A stretch of 64,000 nt of DNA from Candidatus Omnitrophota bacterium (GTDB taxonomy: Bacteria; Omnitrophota; Omnitrophia; Omnitrophales; Aquincolibacteriaceae). Below, piece by piece: positions 29,125-39,023 of the stretch. Made by a program: the position numbers and the translations under genes. Within the stretch, counting starts at the first letter, position 1; every line of letters begins with the position of its first letter. The notes beneath the pieces were generated by a model. The model ran no database searches and was not told the origin of the DNA. It saw nothing but the letters and a program-made list of their open reading frames with translations. Location: positions 49,703 through 113,702 of the forward strand of contig JBDRCT010000037.1 in assembly GCA_043821445.1 (NCBI GenBank), read 5' to 3'.

Positions 29125-29222
29125 CCATGGCGAGCATTCTACTCAATTTGTCCCGCGTCCTCCAGCGAAGTTTCTGCTTCGGGCACATCTCAGCTTAGAT
29201 TATTATATTTTCTCATGGCTTA

Positions 29223-29521
29223 AGAACTCCGCCGGGAAGTGTGTTTCGCCAACGTTTGCCATGCCCCACCGAGGCATGGCTGCACTCGCAAGCGTCGGCC
29301 TCGATGAGAAACCCTGGCTCTCGGCCTCCTTAGCGCGTCTCAACACACTTCCCACCTCCGCGGTTCTCAAGAGAAGGCGAAGGGTTGAGACGAGGCACGC
29401 TGGAAGGACGAGCGGGCAGGGACTTCTCGAAGAGAAGGAGCGAGGACTGGAGGGCGAACAAGGGAATCCACGCCGGGGATTCCCGAGTGGTGACGAGACG
29501 CAAACCTTAAGCCTTCTCTTG
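29223..29521. other. Highly structured non-coding element with two large stem-loop domains, identity unknown
   Basis: GGGAAGTGTGTT 29234/AACACACTTCCC 29342; CAAGAGAAGGC 29368/GCCTTCTCTTG 29511; internal hairpins at 29258-29280 and 29462-29484. Confidence 0.6.
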
Positions 29522-29653
29522 CGTAAACGCATGGAATCAAGATCGAGGTGTTGGAAATCCGGGTGGGATTTTTACTGCCCAATTCTTTATCTTCTTTTCC
29601 ATATGGTGAATTGGACTGTCCTGATTACCCGTTATTTTTTAAATGAAAGAGAA

Positions 29654-31201
29654 TCAGGACTGCCAGGCCTCGCGGCGGAGGAGGGCCTTTTGGTAAACAT
29701 CTTCATACTGCTTGGCGGCATCAAGCCAAGAGAAATGCTGAAGCATCGCGCGCTTGCGCATCAATTCTATGTGCTCGGGCCTGTCATAATAGGTGCTCAC
29801 CGCCCAGCCGATCGTATCATAGACCGCAGACGGGGCCTCTTGATAATAAAGGAACCCGGTCCCAAAACCGCTTTTTTCCTCATACGGAATGATCGTGTCC
29901 TTTAACCCGCCGGTCGCGTGCGCGATCGAAAGTGTCCCGTATTTCAAGCTGTAGATCTGATTGAGGCCGCACGGCTCATAAAGCGACGGCATCAGGAAAA
30001 AATCAGATCCGGCTTCGATCAAATGCGCCTTGCGTTCGCTGTAGCCGATCCAGGCGCCCACCTTGCCGGGATAAAGCGCGGGAAGCCCCCCGAAGAAGTC
30101 CTCCTGCCCCTTGTCCCCGCTTCCGACAATCGCGAACTGCACGGCCATATCGCGGAGGATACGGTGCATGACGAGCATCAAATGCTGGAAGCCTTTCTGC
30201 TCCGCGAACCGTGAGACAATGCCCACGATGGGAAGATCTTCATGGGGACTCAGAAGAAATTCTTCCCGGAGGGCTTTTTTACAAAGCTTTTTTCCTGACA
30301 TGCTCTGAGAAGAGTAATTCGCCGGAATGAGAAGGTCCGTCTCGGGATCCCAATGGTCATAGTCGGCGCCGTTCAGGATCCCGAAGAGATCGTCTTTGCG
30401 CCGCTGAATGTAGGTGGAAAGCCCGTTCGCGCCGGGTTCGCCGAGGATCTCCTTAGCATAAGTGGGACTGACGGTCGTAATGGCGTCGGCGTAAAAGATC
30501 GAGCCCTTCATGAAATTGATGCCTCCGAAATTCTCGAACTTGGTATCCGTAAAATTATCGCGCCCGAGCCCCAGAAATCCGTACGCGTCGGCCTTGAAGG
30601 TCCCCTGGTAGGCGATATTGTGGATCGAAAAAACGCTCGCAGTTTCGGCGAAAAAGGGATTGTGCTGTTCCCAGATCTTCAGATAAGGAGCGACGAGCGC
30701 CGTCTGCCAGTCGTGACAATGGATGATATCGGGCCGGAATTTCAGGTCCTGGCAAAGCTGGAGGCAGGCACGCGAAAAAAAGCCGAAACGCTCGGGATTG
30801 TCCGCAAATTCCCAGTTCCCGTCGTCATAAAGCCCGGCCCGCCCGAAATAACTTTCGTGCTCGATGAAATAAACCGGAAATCCGTCGGACTTCCCCTCGA
30901 AGACTTGGCACCAAACGATGCCGTTACCGGTCGGAACACCCATCGGCCCCAGCACGGGTTTGAGCCCGTATTTTTCTTTGCTGATGGACCAGTAACGCGG
31001 CAAGACAAGACGGACGTCATGACCGAGTTTCTTCAGGGCCTTGGGCAGCGCGCCGCAAACATCTCCGAGACCTCCGGTCTTGATGAACGGTGTCGCCTCA
31101 GAGGCCGCGAAAAGGATCGCGTATTTTTTTCCGTTCTTTCCGTTCTTTTTTTTCACTCCCCGAGATCTCCGCTTCGGTTGAAGTTTTTTGAAAAACCGCA
31201 C
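29654..31201 (-). CDS. glgA: Glycogen synthase
   Basis: SEATPFIKTGGLGDV, HCHDWQ, IHNIAYQG and MPSLYEPCGLNQ. Confidence 0.95.
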   Translation of the reverse strand: MRFFKKLQPKRRSRGVKKKNGKNGKKYAILFAASEATPFIKTGGLGDVCGALPKALKKLGHDVRLVLPRYWSISKEKYGLKPVLGPMGVPTGNGIVWCQVFEGKSDGFPVYFIEHESYFGRAGLYDDGNWEFADNPERFGFFSRACLQLCQDLKFRPDIIHCHDWQTALVAPYLKIWEQHNPFFAETASVFSIHNIAYQGTFKADAYGFLGLGRDNFTDTKFENFGGINFMKGSIFYADAITTVSPTYAKEILGEPGANGLSTYIQRRKDDLFGILNGADYDHWDPETDLLIPANYSSQSMSGKKLCKKALREEFLLSPHEDLPIVGIVSRFAEQKGFQHLMLVMHRILRDMAVQFAIVGSGDKGQEDFFGGLPALYPGKVGAWIGYSERKAHLIEAGSDFFLMPSLYEPCGLNQIYSLKYGTLSIAHATGGLKDTIIPYEEKSGFGTGFLYYQEAPSAVYDTIGWAVSTYYDRPEHIELMRKRAMLQHFSWLDAAKQYEDVYQKALLRREAWQS

Positions 31202-31318
31202 GTCAGACTTACCGCCGGCGCGTTGAGAGAGGGATTATACCTAAGAATCAAAAATAAACCACCCCGAACCCTCGCGGGGAGCGCCCTCTCTTGCTTGGGA
31301 GTCCGTCGTCCTGAAAGT

Positions 31319-32737
31319 TCAGATCCCGAAATAGATGAACGGCAAATTCGCGCTGCTGCCCGAGCTCAAAAAAAGCCAGAATGTAAGCCAGTAAAAAACC
31401 ACCTTAAAAACAATGTTCGTTTTTAAGAGGACGAATTCTTCTTTTCTGGCCGCCTGCCATACCTGCACCAACACAAGTATGAAGATGTACATGAATAAAA
31501 TGCGGAGATTCGTGATGAAAACGTCGAATTGAAAATCCGAAAAGATCTTTGCCACCTGCGTCACCGCGTGCCTGATACTTATCGGGTAAAAGAACAGCCA
31601 TCCCAGACACACGATGTGGAATGTCGCGAACCATGAAGCGAAGCCGGTCACGGCCCGCACCCATTTCGGGGCTGTGTCCGGTCCGGAAGACGCCCTGTTC
31701 GTTTTGTACCAATGAAAGATCGCTACCGCGATGCCGAAATACACCCCGCGGAAAATACTGCTGAGAGAAATGCTGTGCCATAAGCTAATGCATAAGAGCG
31801 TCACAAAAGAAGCGAGGTAAGCATTGCCTTTGTGATACGCCAGCACGGGGAAAAAAACGTAATCCCTGAACCAATATGTCATGGACATGTGCCACCGCCG
31901 CCAGAAATCCGAGATATTCCTTGCAAAGTAGGGCTGCCGGAAATTGATGGTCAGGTCAAACCCCATCAATTTCGCCGTTCCCCTGGCGATATCCGTGTAA
32001 CCGGAGATGTCGCAGTAGATTTGAAAAGCGAACGCATAAAGAGCCACCAGGACCCCCGCGCCGGAAGACCCGGCGGGATCCGAAAGGAGTTTTTCCGACA
32101 AAACAGCGCAATGGTTCGCGATAAAGATCTTCTGAAAAAGCCCCCAGTAGATCAGATAAACCCCTGTTCTGATATGGCTCCAGGAAATGATCCTTTGATT
32201 CTCGATCTGGTGGTAAAGATGCTTCGCTCTTTCGATGGGGCCGGCGATCAACTGCGGGAAAAAAGAAACATACAACAGATAGTCGGTAAAGTGCCTCACC
32301 GGTTTGACGCCTCCCCGGTAAACGTCGATCAAGTAGCCCATGGTTTGAAAGGTATAAAAAGAGATCCCTAAGGGAAGGATCACCTGAAGATGAAGGGTGT
32401 GCGCGCTCAGCCCGAAGAAAGCAAGGATGGGGTTCAGGCTTGAAATGAAAAAATTGAAAGATTTAAAAAACAGCAGGATGCTGAGATTGATCGACAAGCC
32501 TAATATCAAATACCGTTTTTTGATTCCCGGGCCGTGATTCCGGTCGATCGCCAGGCCGCAAAGGTAATCCGTCGTGCTGGAAATGAAGAGGAGTGAAAGA
32601 AAACGCCAATCCCACCACGCATAAAAGAAATAACTCGCTGCTAGAAGAAAGAGATTCTGTTGACGGTGTTTGAGGAGGACATAGATCAAAAATACGATCA
32701 AAAAGAATACCCAGAACTCGGGGGTGACGAATGACAT
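31319..32737 (-). CDS. MBOAT family O-acyltransferase (AlgI/DltB-like)
   Basis: LPLGISFYTFQ, FFPQLIAGPIER, FWRRWHMS and LWH (catalytic His). Confidence 0.94.
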   Translation of the reverse strand: MSFVTPEFWVFFLIVFLIYVLLKHRQQNLFLLAASYFFYAWWDWRFLSLLFISSTTDYLCGLAIDRNHGPGIKKRYLILGLSINLSILLFFKSFNFFISSLNPILAFFGLSAHTLHLQVILPLGISFYTFQTMGYLIDVYRGGVKPVRHFTDYLLYVSFFPQLIAGPIERAKHLYHQIENQRIISWSHIRTGVYLIYWGLFQKIFIANHCAVLSEKLLSDPAGSSGAGVLVALYAFAFQIYCDISGYTDIARGTAKLMGFDLTINFRQPYFARNISDFWRRWHMSMTYWFRDYVFFPVLAYHKGNAYLASFVTLLCISLWHSISLSSIFRGVYFGIAVAIFHWYKTNRASSGPDTAPKWVRAVTGFASWFATFHIVCLGWLFFYPISIRHAVTQVAKIFSDFQFDVFITNLRILFMYIFILVLVQVWQAARKEEFVLLKTNIVFKVVFYWLTFWLFLSSGSSANLPFIYFGI

Positions 32738-34279
32738 CTATTTGCCCTTTTCCAAATATTGTTTTCTGAGGCTCTCGACCTTGACCTTCCCCGTGGCCCC
32801 CCGCGGAAAATCCTTCGGAAAGAACAGGTCTTGGGGCACCAGGAAAGCCGGGAGCTTTTTCATGGCATGCCGGTAATATTTCTCTTTGGATTTTTTCGGA
32901 CCGCGGACCTTCAAGGCGGTAATGATCGCTTCTCCGTAACGCTCATCCGGAATTCCAAAACTGATCGCCTCTTTGACATCGGGATGCTCTAAGAATGCCT
33001 GGTCGATCTCCAAAGGATAAACATTGATCCCGTTCTTGATAATGATCTGCTTGATCCTGTCCAAAAAGAAAATTTTTCCCTTGGGATCGATAGACCCCGT
33101 GTCCCCCGTTTTGAGAAATCCCCCTCCGGCCATGCAGGATCTTGTCTCTTTCTGATTCCTGAAATACCCCAGCATGTTATAGGGACTTTTCACGCGGAAT
33201 TCTCCGGTCTCGTTAGGCCCTAGCCTTCTTCCTTTCCCGTCAAAAACCCCTATCTCGGCTCCCAAAGCCTTTCCGACACAATGGGCCTTTTCCCCTTTGC
33301 CGGCGCTCTTAGGGACGCTGATCCAACTGGCTGTTTCGGTTAGGCCGTAGCAATTACGGATATAAATGCCCAGATGACCGGCATACCAATCATAAACAGC
33401 TTGCGGCAGTTGAGAGGAAGCCGAAAAAACGGTCCGCAGGCACTTCAAATCCTTTTTCCGGAAACCGCCGGTGTGTTCCTTCAAGAGTGCCAAAATGCCC
33501 GGCACCGCGGTAAAATAACGGATCCGGTATTTTTTCACCATGTTCCAGAATTGGACAGCCAGGAAAGGGTCGAATCTTGCGATATATATTCTGCAGCCGG
33601 ACAAGAACGGGACAAGCATTCCGGGGATCATGCCATGACCGGAAAAAAAAGGCAGGAAACTGAAAAAAGCGGTGCGGGGCCTGAAATTCAAAAGATCGAT
33701 AAGGTTCAAAATTTTCAGCCTTACGGATTCCATGGAAAGCATCACGCCTTTGGGACTTCCGATTGTCCCGGAGGTATACAGGATGAACTTAAGGCCTTTT
33801 TTAGGGATCTGACATTTGCGGACCGGGCGCGATGCTTCGTCCGGTTCCGGGGCAGACCGGAAGATTTCATCCGTAAGCACCGTCCGGCAAGGAAGCTCTT
33901 TGAGCCATGCGTTGCGACCCAAGATCGCTTGGGATGTGATGAGGAATTTTGACCGTGAATGGCGCGCAAGATAGGCCGTCTTTGTTTGATTCAGCCGGGG
34001 GTTCAGGGGAACGAGGACCAGGTCGACGTCCAGGAGGGCCAACAAGACCGCCATGGAATCGATGGAGTTGTCCAAAAAGAGGACTGCCTTATCCCCCGGA
34101 GAGTGCGGGATCGCGCTGAAATAGTGATAGGCCGAATGGACTTTCTTTTTAAAGCCGGCGAGATCGATCGAACTCTTGTCTTGAACGTCCGTGATGAGCT
34201 TCCCGTTTTGGGGAAAGCGATGGGAAAATTCTTCAAAGAACATTTTGGGCGCTACCATAGGCGCGGATGGCCCCGCCAT
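32738..34279 (-). CDS. Class I adenylate-forming enzyme (acyl-CoA/acyl-carrier ligase)
   Basis: YTSGTIGSPKG, YGLTE, TGD and PRGATGK; start may be the ATG at 34258. Confidence 0.92.
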   Translation of the reverse strand: MAGPSAPMVAPKMFFEEFSHRFPQNGKLITDVQDKSSIDLAGFKKKVHSAYHYFSAIPHSPGDKAVLFLDNSIDSMAVLLALLDVDLVLVPLNPRLNQTKTAYLARHSRSKFLITSQAILGRNAWLKELPCRTVLTDEIFRSAPEPDEASRPVRKCQIPKKGLKFILYTSGTIGSPKGVMLSMESVRLKILNLIDLLNFRPRTAFFSFLPFFSGHGMIPGMLVPFLSGCRIYIARFDPFLAVQFWNMVKKYRIRYFTAVPGILALLKEHTGGFRKKDLKCLRTVFSASSQLPQAVYDWYAGHLGIYIRNCYGLTETASWISVPKSAGKGEKAHCVGKALGAEIGVFDGKGRRLGPNETGEFRVKSPYNMLGYFRNQKETRSCMAGGGFLKTGDTGSIDPKGKIFFLDRIKQIIIKNGINVYPLEIDQAFLEHPDVKEAISFGIPDERYGEAIITALKVRGPKKSKEKYYRHAMKKLPAFLVPQDLFFPKDFPRGATGKVKVESLRKQYLEKGK

Positions 34280-35040
34280 TGCAGCTTCAGAAGAAGCAGG
34301 TCAAAAAACGAGAATACCGCCAATCCCATCATGGAAAAAACGGCAAGGCCCACATACACGTCCAGGATGCGGAACTGGTCCCAGGCATTCCACATGAAGA
34401 AACCTATTCCGTTCTTTGCGGCAAAGAATTCACCGGCCACGACCATCACCAAGCCGTAACCTATCCCTATCTTGCAGCCGTATAAAATATCGGGAAGAAT
34501 GCCTTTCAGGACGATCGAGTAAATTTTTTTAAAGAAAGGGATCCTGTAGATCTGGGCGATATAAGAATAAATTTCCGGAAACCTCCGGATCCCGTGGATC
34601 ACGCTGAGCAGGACAAGATAGAATATCCCGATGGCGATAATGGCTACTTTTGAAGCGTCCCCTATCCCCAGCAGGATCATCAAAAGCGGCAGGACCGACA
34701 ACTTAGGGATCGGATAGGTAATGGAGATAAGCGGATTAAAAAAACGGGCCGCCCTTTGATTCAGGCCCATGATCAATCCGAGTACGACGGCCAAGGGAAC
34801 GGCCAAGACCGTCCCGAGGGCCAATCGCTTCAGGCTGAATGAAAGGTCGCTTAAAAATTTCGGGTCATGCAACAAAAGCCCGGCCAGCCTCCGGAGAATG
34901 GCGACCGGAGCGGGAAAATAGCGGCTATCGATGATTTGGAAATACGCGAGCAATTCCCAAAGCACCAGAAGGACTACCGGCGCATTGAAAAGGGCGCCGG
35001 ATCGTTTGTTTAAAGGACCGAATGTTTGTTTTTTATCCAT
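34252..35040 (-). CDS. ABC transporter permease, NitT/TauT family
   Basis: FPAP, YPIPKLSVLPL, VVAGEF and GIG motifs of SsuC/TauC. Confidence 0.9.
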   Translation of the reverse strand: MDKKQTFGPLNKRSGALFNAPVVLLVLWELLAYFQIIDSRYFPAPVAILRRLAGLLLHDPKFLSDLSFSLKRLALGTVLAVPLAVVLGLIMGLNQRAARFFNPLISITYPIPKLSVLPLLMILLGIGDASKVAIIAIGIFYLVLLSVIHGIRRFPEIYSYIAQIYRIPFFKKIYSIVLKGILPDILYGCKIGIGYGLVMVVAGEFFAAKNGIGFFMWNAWDQFRILDVYVGLAVFSMMGLAVFSFFDLLLLKLQWRGHPRLW

Positions 35041-35840
35041 TGTTGGAACTGCCGCTGGGTTCTTTCGACTTCTACCGTTAATAGTTCCGTGATCTCACGG
35101 ACCAGATCGAGATAACGCCTGTCCTCCCTGATCTGATTAACATCTCTGGGCCGCGGGATATCCACCAAAAACTCCTTCACATTTTTTCCGGGTCTTGAAG
35201 ACATCAGCACGACCCTGTCGGAAAGAGTGACCGCTTCATGGATATTATGCGTGATAAAAAAAACGGTCCTCAATTCGCCTGCCAATATCTCCAAGGTCAG
35301 CTGTTGGAGCTGGATCCTGCTCAGGAAATCCAGATGGACGAAAGGCTCGTCCATCAGGATGACTTTGGAACAAGAGGCCAAGGCGCGTGCAACATTCGCC
35401 CGCTGGATCATGCCTTCCGAAAGGTCGCCCGGAAAATAATCTTTAAAATCCGATAACCTGACCCGCTCCAGATAGCTCGATACTAAACGGTTTTTTTCCG
35501 GGTCCGGCAGAGGGCCATTGAGGCAGATCTTGATGTTGTCGAAAATGTTCAGCCAGGGGAAAAACGCGAAATCCTGAAAGACCACCGACGCGAATAATTC
35601 GGATCCATCGTGCGGCTGGCACTCCAGCTCTCCGGAGAAGTCCTTCGTAAGCCCGGCAAGGATCTTGAGCAGGGTGGTCTTCCCGCACCCGCTGGGGCCG
35701 ATCAAGGAAACGAACTCGCCCTGCCGCAGCGACAGATTGAAATGATCCAGGACCGCCAATTCTCCGAACGCCTTGCAAATGTTGGCGGCTTTTAAAACAA
35801 CGTCCCCGGGCTTGCGTGCGTGATTATTCGAATTTTCCAA
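35010..35840 (-). CDS. ABC transporter ATP-binding protein, NitT/TauT family
   Basis: GPSGCGKTT, LSEGM (variant signature), LMDEPF and ITH. Confidence 0.93.
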   Translation of the reverse strand: MENSNNHARKPGDVVLKAANICKAFGELAVLDHFNLSLRQGEFVSLIGPSGCGKTTLLKILAGLTKDFSGELECQPHDGSELFASVVFQDFAFFPWLNIFDNIKICLNGPLPDPEKNRLVSSYLERVRLSDFKDYFPGDLSEGMIQRANVARALASCSKVILMDEPFVHLDFLSRIQLQQLTLEILAGELRTVFFITHNIHEAVTLSDRVVLMSSRPGKNVKEFLVDIPRPRDVNQIREDRRYLDLVREITELLTVEVERTQRQFQQWIKNKHSVL

Positions 35841-36846
35841 GACGGGCCAACGCTTTTTCTACGAAGGTGTGGTCCACGGCTTTTTCGATGTCGCAGGGCA
35901 CATCAAGGTATCCATGCTCCCGGTACCATTGTGTATCTTCAGCCAGGGACTCTTTATTGAGGTAGCCGTCCGGATTGATCCCTGCGGGGATCATGTTACT
36001 CCAAATGTCATTCGCTTCGATCTTAACATGTTTCTTGAGCAGAAAAATGGCTTCCTCTTTATTTTTGCCTTTGATAAATGCGTCGTAATAGTCCCGGACC
36101 CCTTTCAGATAGGCGATCATGAATTTTTCCGCCAGATCAGGCCGTCCGGTGATGAATGGGAAGGAATACAGGATGGCCGCGCTCTGCTGTCCGGGATAGA
36201 CTTCATTGACCCCCGCAACCTTGACCGCGATGCCTTTTGACTCGGCCTCGGTAAGATACGGCTCAAGCTGGATGGTCGCATCGAGGGCCTTGTTCCCCAA
36301 AGCAACGTTCATGGCCGCATAATCCATCTTTTCAAAAACTACATCGTTCACGCTCAATCCCGCGGTCTTCAAGAATTTATCGGCCGCGATTTGCTGGGAA
36401 ACTCCGAACGCGGTCACCGCCATCTTAAAGCCTTTCAGATCGCCGAATCTCTGGTATCGCTTGCTGTCGACATGGTCTTTCCTGACCAGCAATCCTATGT
36501 AATCACATGCTTTGCTGACGCTCCCTTTATCGGCCACCAGTTTTATGTTGAGCCCGCTGTTGATGGCATTCCATAACCCCGCGCTGATATTCCCCGCGCC
36601 GACGTCCAGACTGCCGTTCCCCAGTAAGGCTGTCATGGGCGCTCCTGAGCCCTTAAAATAGGTCAAGTCGGCTTCGATCCCCTCTTTCTTAAAATATCCC
36701 TTTTCGTAAGCAAGAAAAATGCCCGAGGAACTGACCACGGGAGAAACCCCGATCTTGACCTTAGAATCTTTGCCGTCACTGGCGCTCGCTACCGACACAG
36801 AGAGGCCTATGCAAGCGACCATCCCTACGATCCATGTTTTTCTCAT
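35824..36846 (-). CDS. ABC transporter substrate-binding protein, NitT/TauT (NMT1-like)
   Basis: Signal peptide, LAYEKGYFKKEGI, DLKG and EPY. Confidence 0.88.
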   Translation of the reverse strand: MRKTWIVGMVACIGLSVSVASASDGKDSKVKIGVSPVVSSSGIFLAYEKGYFKKEGIEADLTYFKGSGAPMTALLGNGSLDVGAGNISAGLWNAINSGLNIKLVADKGSVSKACDYIGLLVRKDHVDSKRYQRFGDLKGFKMAVTAFGVSQQIAADKFLKTAGLSVNDVVFEKMDYAAMNVALGNKALDATIQLEPYLTEAESKGIAVKVAGVNEVYPGQQSAAILYSFPFITGRPDLAEKFMIAYLKGVRDYYDAFIKGKNKEEAIFLLKKHVKIEANDIWSNMIPAGINPDGYLNKESLAEDTQWYREHGYLDVPCDIEKAVDHTFVEKALARLGKFE

Positions 36847-37112
36847 TTTCGCTCTCCTTCTTTTTGTTTGTTGGATATAAAGGCCGTTAAATTTTCGATC
36901 GTTTCCAGGTTTCCGGGGTGAATATCGCCCTTCTTGATCTTGATATGAAACCGGGCCTCGAGCGCGTGGACAAAAGGAAAGATGCCGAAAGAATCGACGA
37001 TCCCCCGTAAAAAAAGCGACTCACCGGCGGAAAAATCCCTTGGCACTTTAATGCCGTGATTATTCTTTGCCAGGATGTCCCTGACCGCGTTCTCGATTTC
37101 TTCGCGTTGCAT
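36843..37112 (-). CDS. Acyl carrier protein, DltC-like
   Basis: 89 aa with phosphopantetheine motif GIVDSFG and LE..F.I..NLETI. Confidence 0.88.
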   Translation of the reverse strand: MQREEIENAVRDILAKNNHGIKVPRDFSAGESLFLRGIVDSFGIFPFVHALEARFHIKIKKGDIHPGNLETIENLTAFISNKQKEGERK

Positions 37113-37160
37113 TGGTTCTATTCTATAAGCCCTTATGGATATCGAGCAATCCTTTTTGTA

Positions 37161-38906
37161 TCAATTTTCCGTTAATTGGCGGAAGATCTCCTGGGCTATA
37201 ATTTTGTGCCCATATCGGTTAGGATGAGAATGAGCTTCCGCGAGGAGAAAATTTTTATTTTTGTTAAATATACCTTCCAGGTTCAAATAGTAGATTTCCG
37301 GATGTTCCCGGCGCAAATTCGCCAGAAAAATTTCTGTTCGCTCATCATTCAAGCCCGTTGAAAAGTCAAGCTGCGGGATGAAAACCACCTTGATCCCCTT
37401 TTCTTTACATAAGGTTATCACTTCTTTAAAAAGAAAGTCCGGGTTCTCAATGGACGTCGCTCGGTCGCCGGAGTGCCATGCACCCAGGAACCTTTTTCTG
37501 ATGTTTTCCACAGCCATGAATAAATAACTTTTACATAAAAAGTCGTACAGGTACACGATCTCTTTGATCGGCTCCTTGAATTTAAGGGCGGCATACAAGA
37601 GCCGGCCGTTCTTGATCCAGTCGGAATTCTTTTCCATCACCCTCTTGGCTCTCTGGTATAAAGCATAATCCTTCTCAAGCCGTCCTTTGTTATTCTCCTC
37701 TTTCGGATAGGCTAGCCTTCCATAAAATAATATGAAGTCAGGGTTCATTTTGTTCAATACTTCTTTCAAATATATGTTCATCTCTACGCTGTAAAAGTTA
37801 TTCATCCCGGGAAGGACTAGGGGAATGACCATGTTTTTCTTTTGATTCCACGCATTCAATTTCTTTTCCAAAAGGGCCGGGAAAACTTGGGCCAGGGAAA
37901 GAGCTCCGATCTCAAGGGGGGAAGATCCCGCGCAGAGGATCCGCGTGGCGTGTTCGGAATTCGCTATCAGGTATTTGTTCGGCCGGTCACCAAAGTAAGA
38001 CTTGATCGTGAGCTCCTTCGGATCGTTGAAGGCCCCAAAAAAATTAGTGGATATCTCGAATCGCCATTTGGGTTTCAGTTGACCGATGTCCAGACCCGGA
38101 TCATGGGGGTAAGCCACTCTTAGAAATGCTTCCAGGAAAAACAGGGGGAAGACAAAAAAGAGTAACTTTCTGAAGAAGCGCTTTTCAGAACATCCCAGGG
38201 CAAGAAAGATCAGCACTCCGAGGGAAAGGAACATTTGCGAGATGAATTTGTAAAAATAGAGCAGGGCAAAATCAGCGTTGAATAAAATTCTCCCCGCAGG
38301 ACCCAAAATTTCCAGCCTGTTAAGCGTCACTTCTTTTTGCGACGGGAGGAACAAGCCGAAGTTATAATTTACGGGCTCAGGACCCAGCGGGATCTTTTCC
38401 ATGAATTTTCCGTTCATATAAACAAGGACCGTTTTTTCTGTCAGATTGCATTTCAAACGCGATTGGAAACCTTCCGATCGATTAAACCCTGGTATCATGC
38501 ACAAAGGTGAGAGTGGATATTTTATCGTTGAGACATATTCTTCCTGACCCTGCCCATCCTTACAATAAACCCCCGAGGGGCTGCTATATCCGGATAGAAT
38601 GAAGCTGCATCGATCACAAAATCGTATTTCGACCCTTCGGCAGGCCAACCGTGTCAGGTTGACTTCGATGTCGTACCGGGTCGGGTCACGGGGTTGACCC
38701 GCGTCCGTCGCCTTAGGATGTTCATATCCCCATACCTCATTGAGTTCATAGAGCGACCGCCACTTTTTTCCCAGGGCTGGGATTTCTTTTTCGCAGAATA
38801 GGATCGAAGAAGCTGCGACGATCATAAGGACGAGCGAATAGATTGCGGTGCGTGATTTGTTTTTATGTAATGCTTCTGTAAGGGATGCGACTGAAGATCT
38901 TTTCAT
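37161..38906 (-). CDS. Membrane-anchored SGNH-hydrolase-like protein, copy A
   Basis: TM segments; block I-like ILCAGSS and block V-like HSHPNRYGH; ATG at 38906 (TTG at 38918 possible). Confidence 0.7.
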   Translation of the reverse strand: MKRSSVASLTEALHKNKSRTAIYSLVLMIVAASSILFCEKEIPALGKKWRSLYELNEVWGYEHPKATDAGQPRDPTRYDIEVNLTRLACRRVEIRFCDRCSFILSGYSSPSGVYCKDGQGQEEYVSTIKYPLSPLCMIPGFNRSEGFQSRLKCNLTEKTVLVYMNGKFMEKIPLGPEPVNYNFGLFLPSQKEVTLNRLEILGPAGRILFNADFALLYFYKFISQMFLSLGVLIFLALGCSEKRFFRKLLFFVFPLFFLEAFLRVAYPHDPGLDIGQLKPKWRFEISTNFFGAFNDPKELTIKSYFGDRPNKYLIANSEHATRILCAGSSPLEIGALSLAQVFPALLEKKLNAWNQKKNMVIPLVLPGMNNFYSVEMNIYLKEVLNKMNPDFILFYGRLAYPKEENNKGRLEKDYALYQRAKRVMEKNSDWIKNGRLLYAALKFKEPIKEIVYLYDFLCKSYLFMAVENIRKRFLGAWHSGDRATSIENPDFLFKEVITLCKEKGIKVVFIPQLDFSTGLNDERTEIFLANLRREHPEIYYLNLEGIFNKNKNFLLAEAHSHPNRYGHKIIAQEIFRQLTEN

Positions 38907-39023
38907 AATGTTGATCAAGCGGTATCAGGCCCCTGGTCCAACAGGTTCATTATAAAAAACGTCCGTTCGAGAACGTCAGTGAACTTACCGATCATTTGTG
39001 GATATCGAGCGATCCTTTTTCTG

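Noticed and set aside
29190-29560. c-di-AMP (ydaO) riboswitch, tmRNA or RNase P RNA upstream of the K+ channel
   Set aside because: I could not find the conserved motifs of these families on either strand; the region is left as unidentified structure.
29102-29905. 267-aa ORF in the glgA-K+ channel interval
   Set aside because: It overlaps glgA antisense and the palindromic element, has no motifs, and starts at TTG without an RBS.
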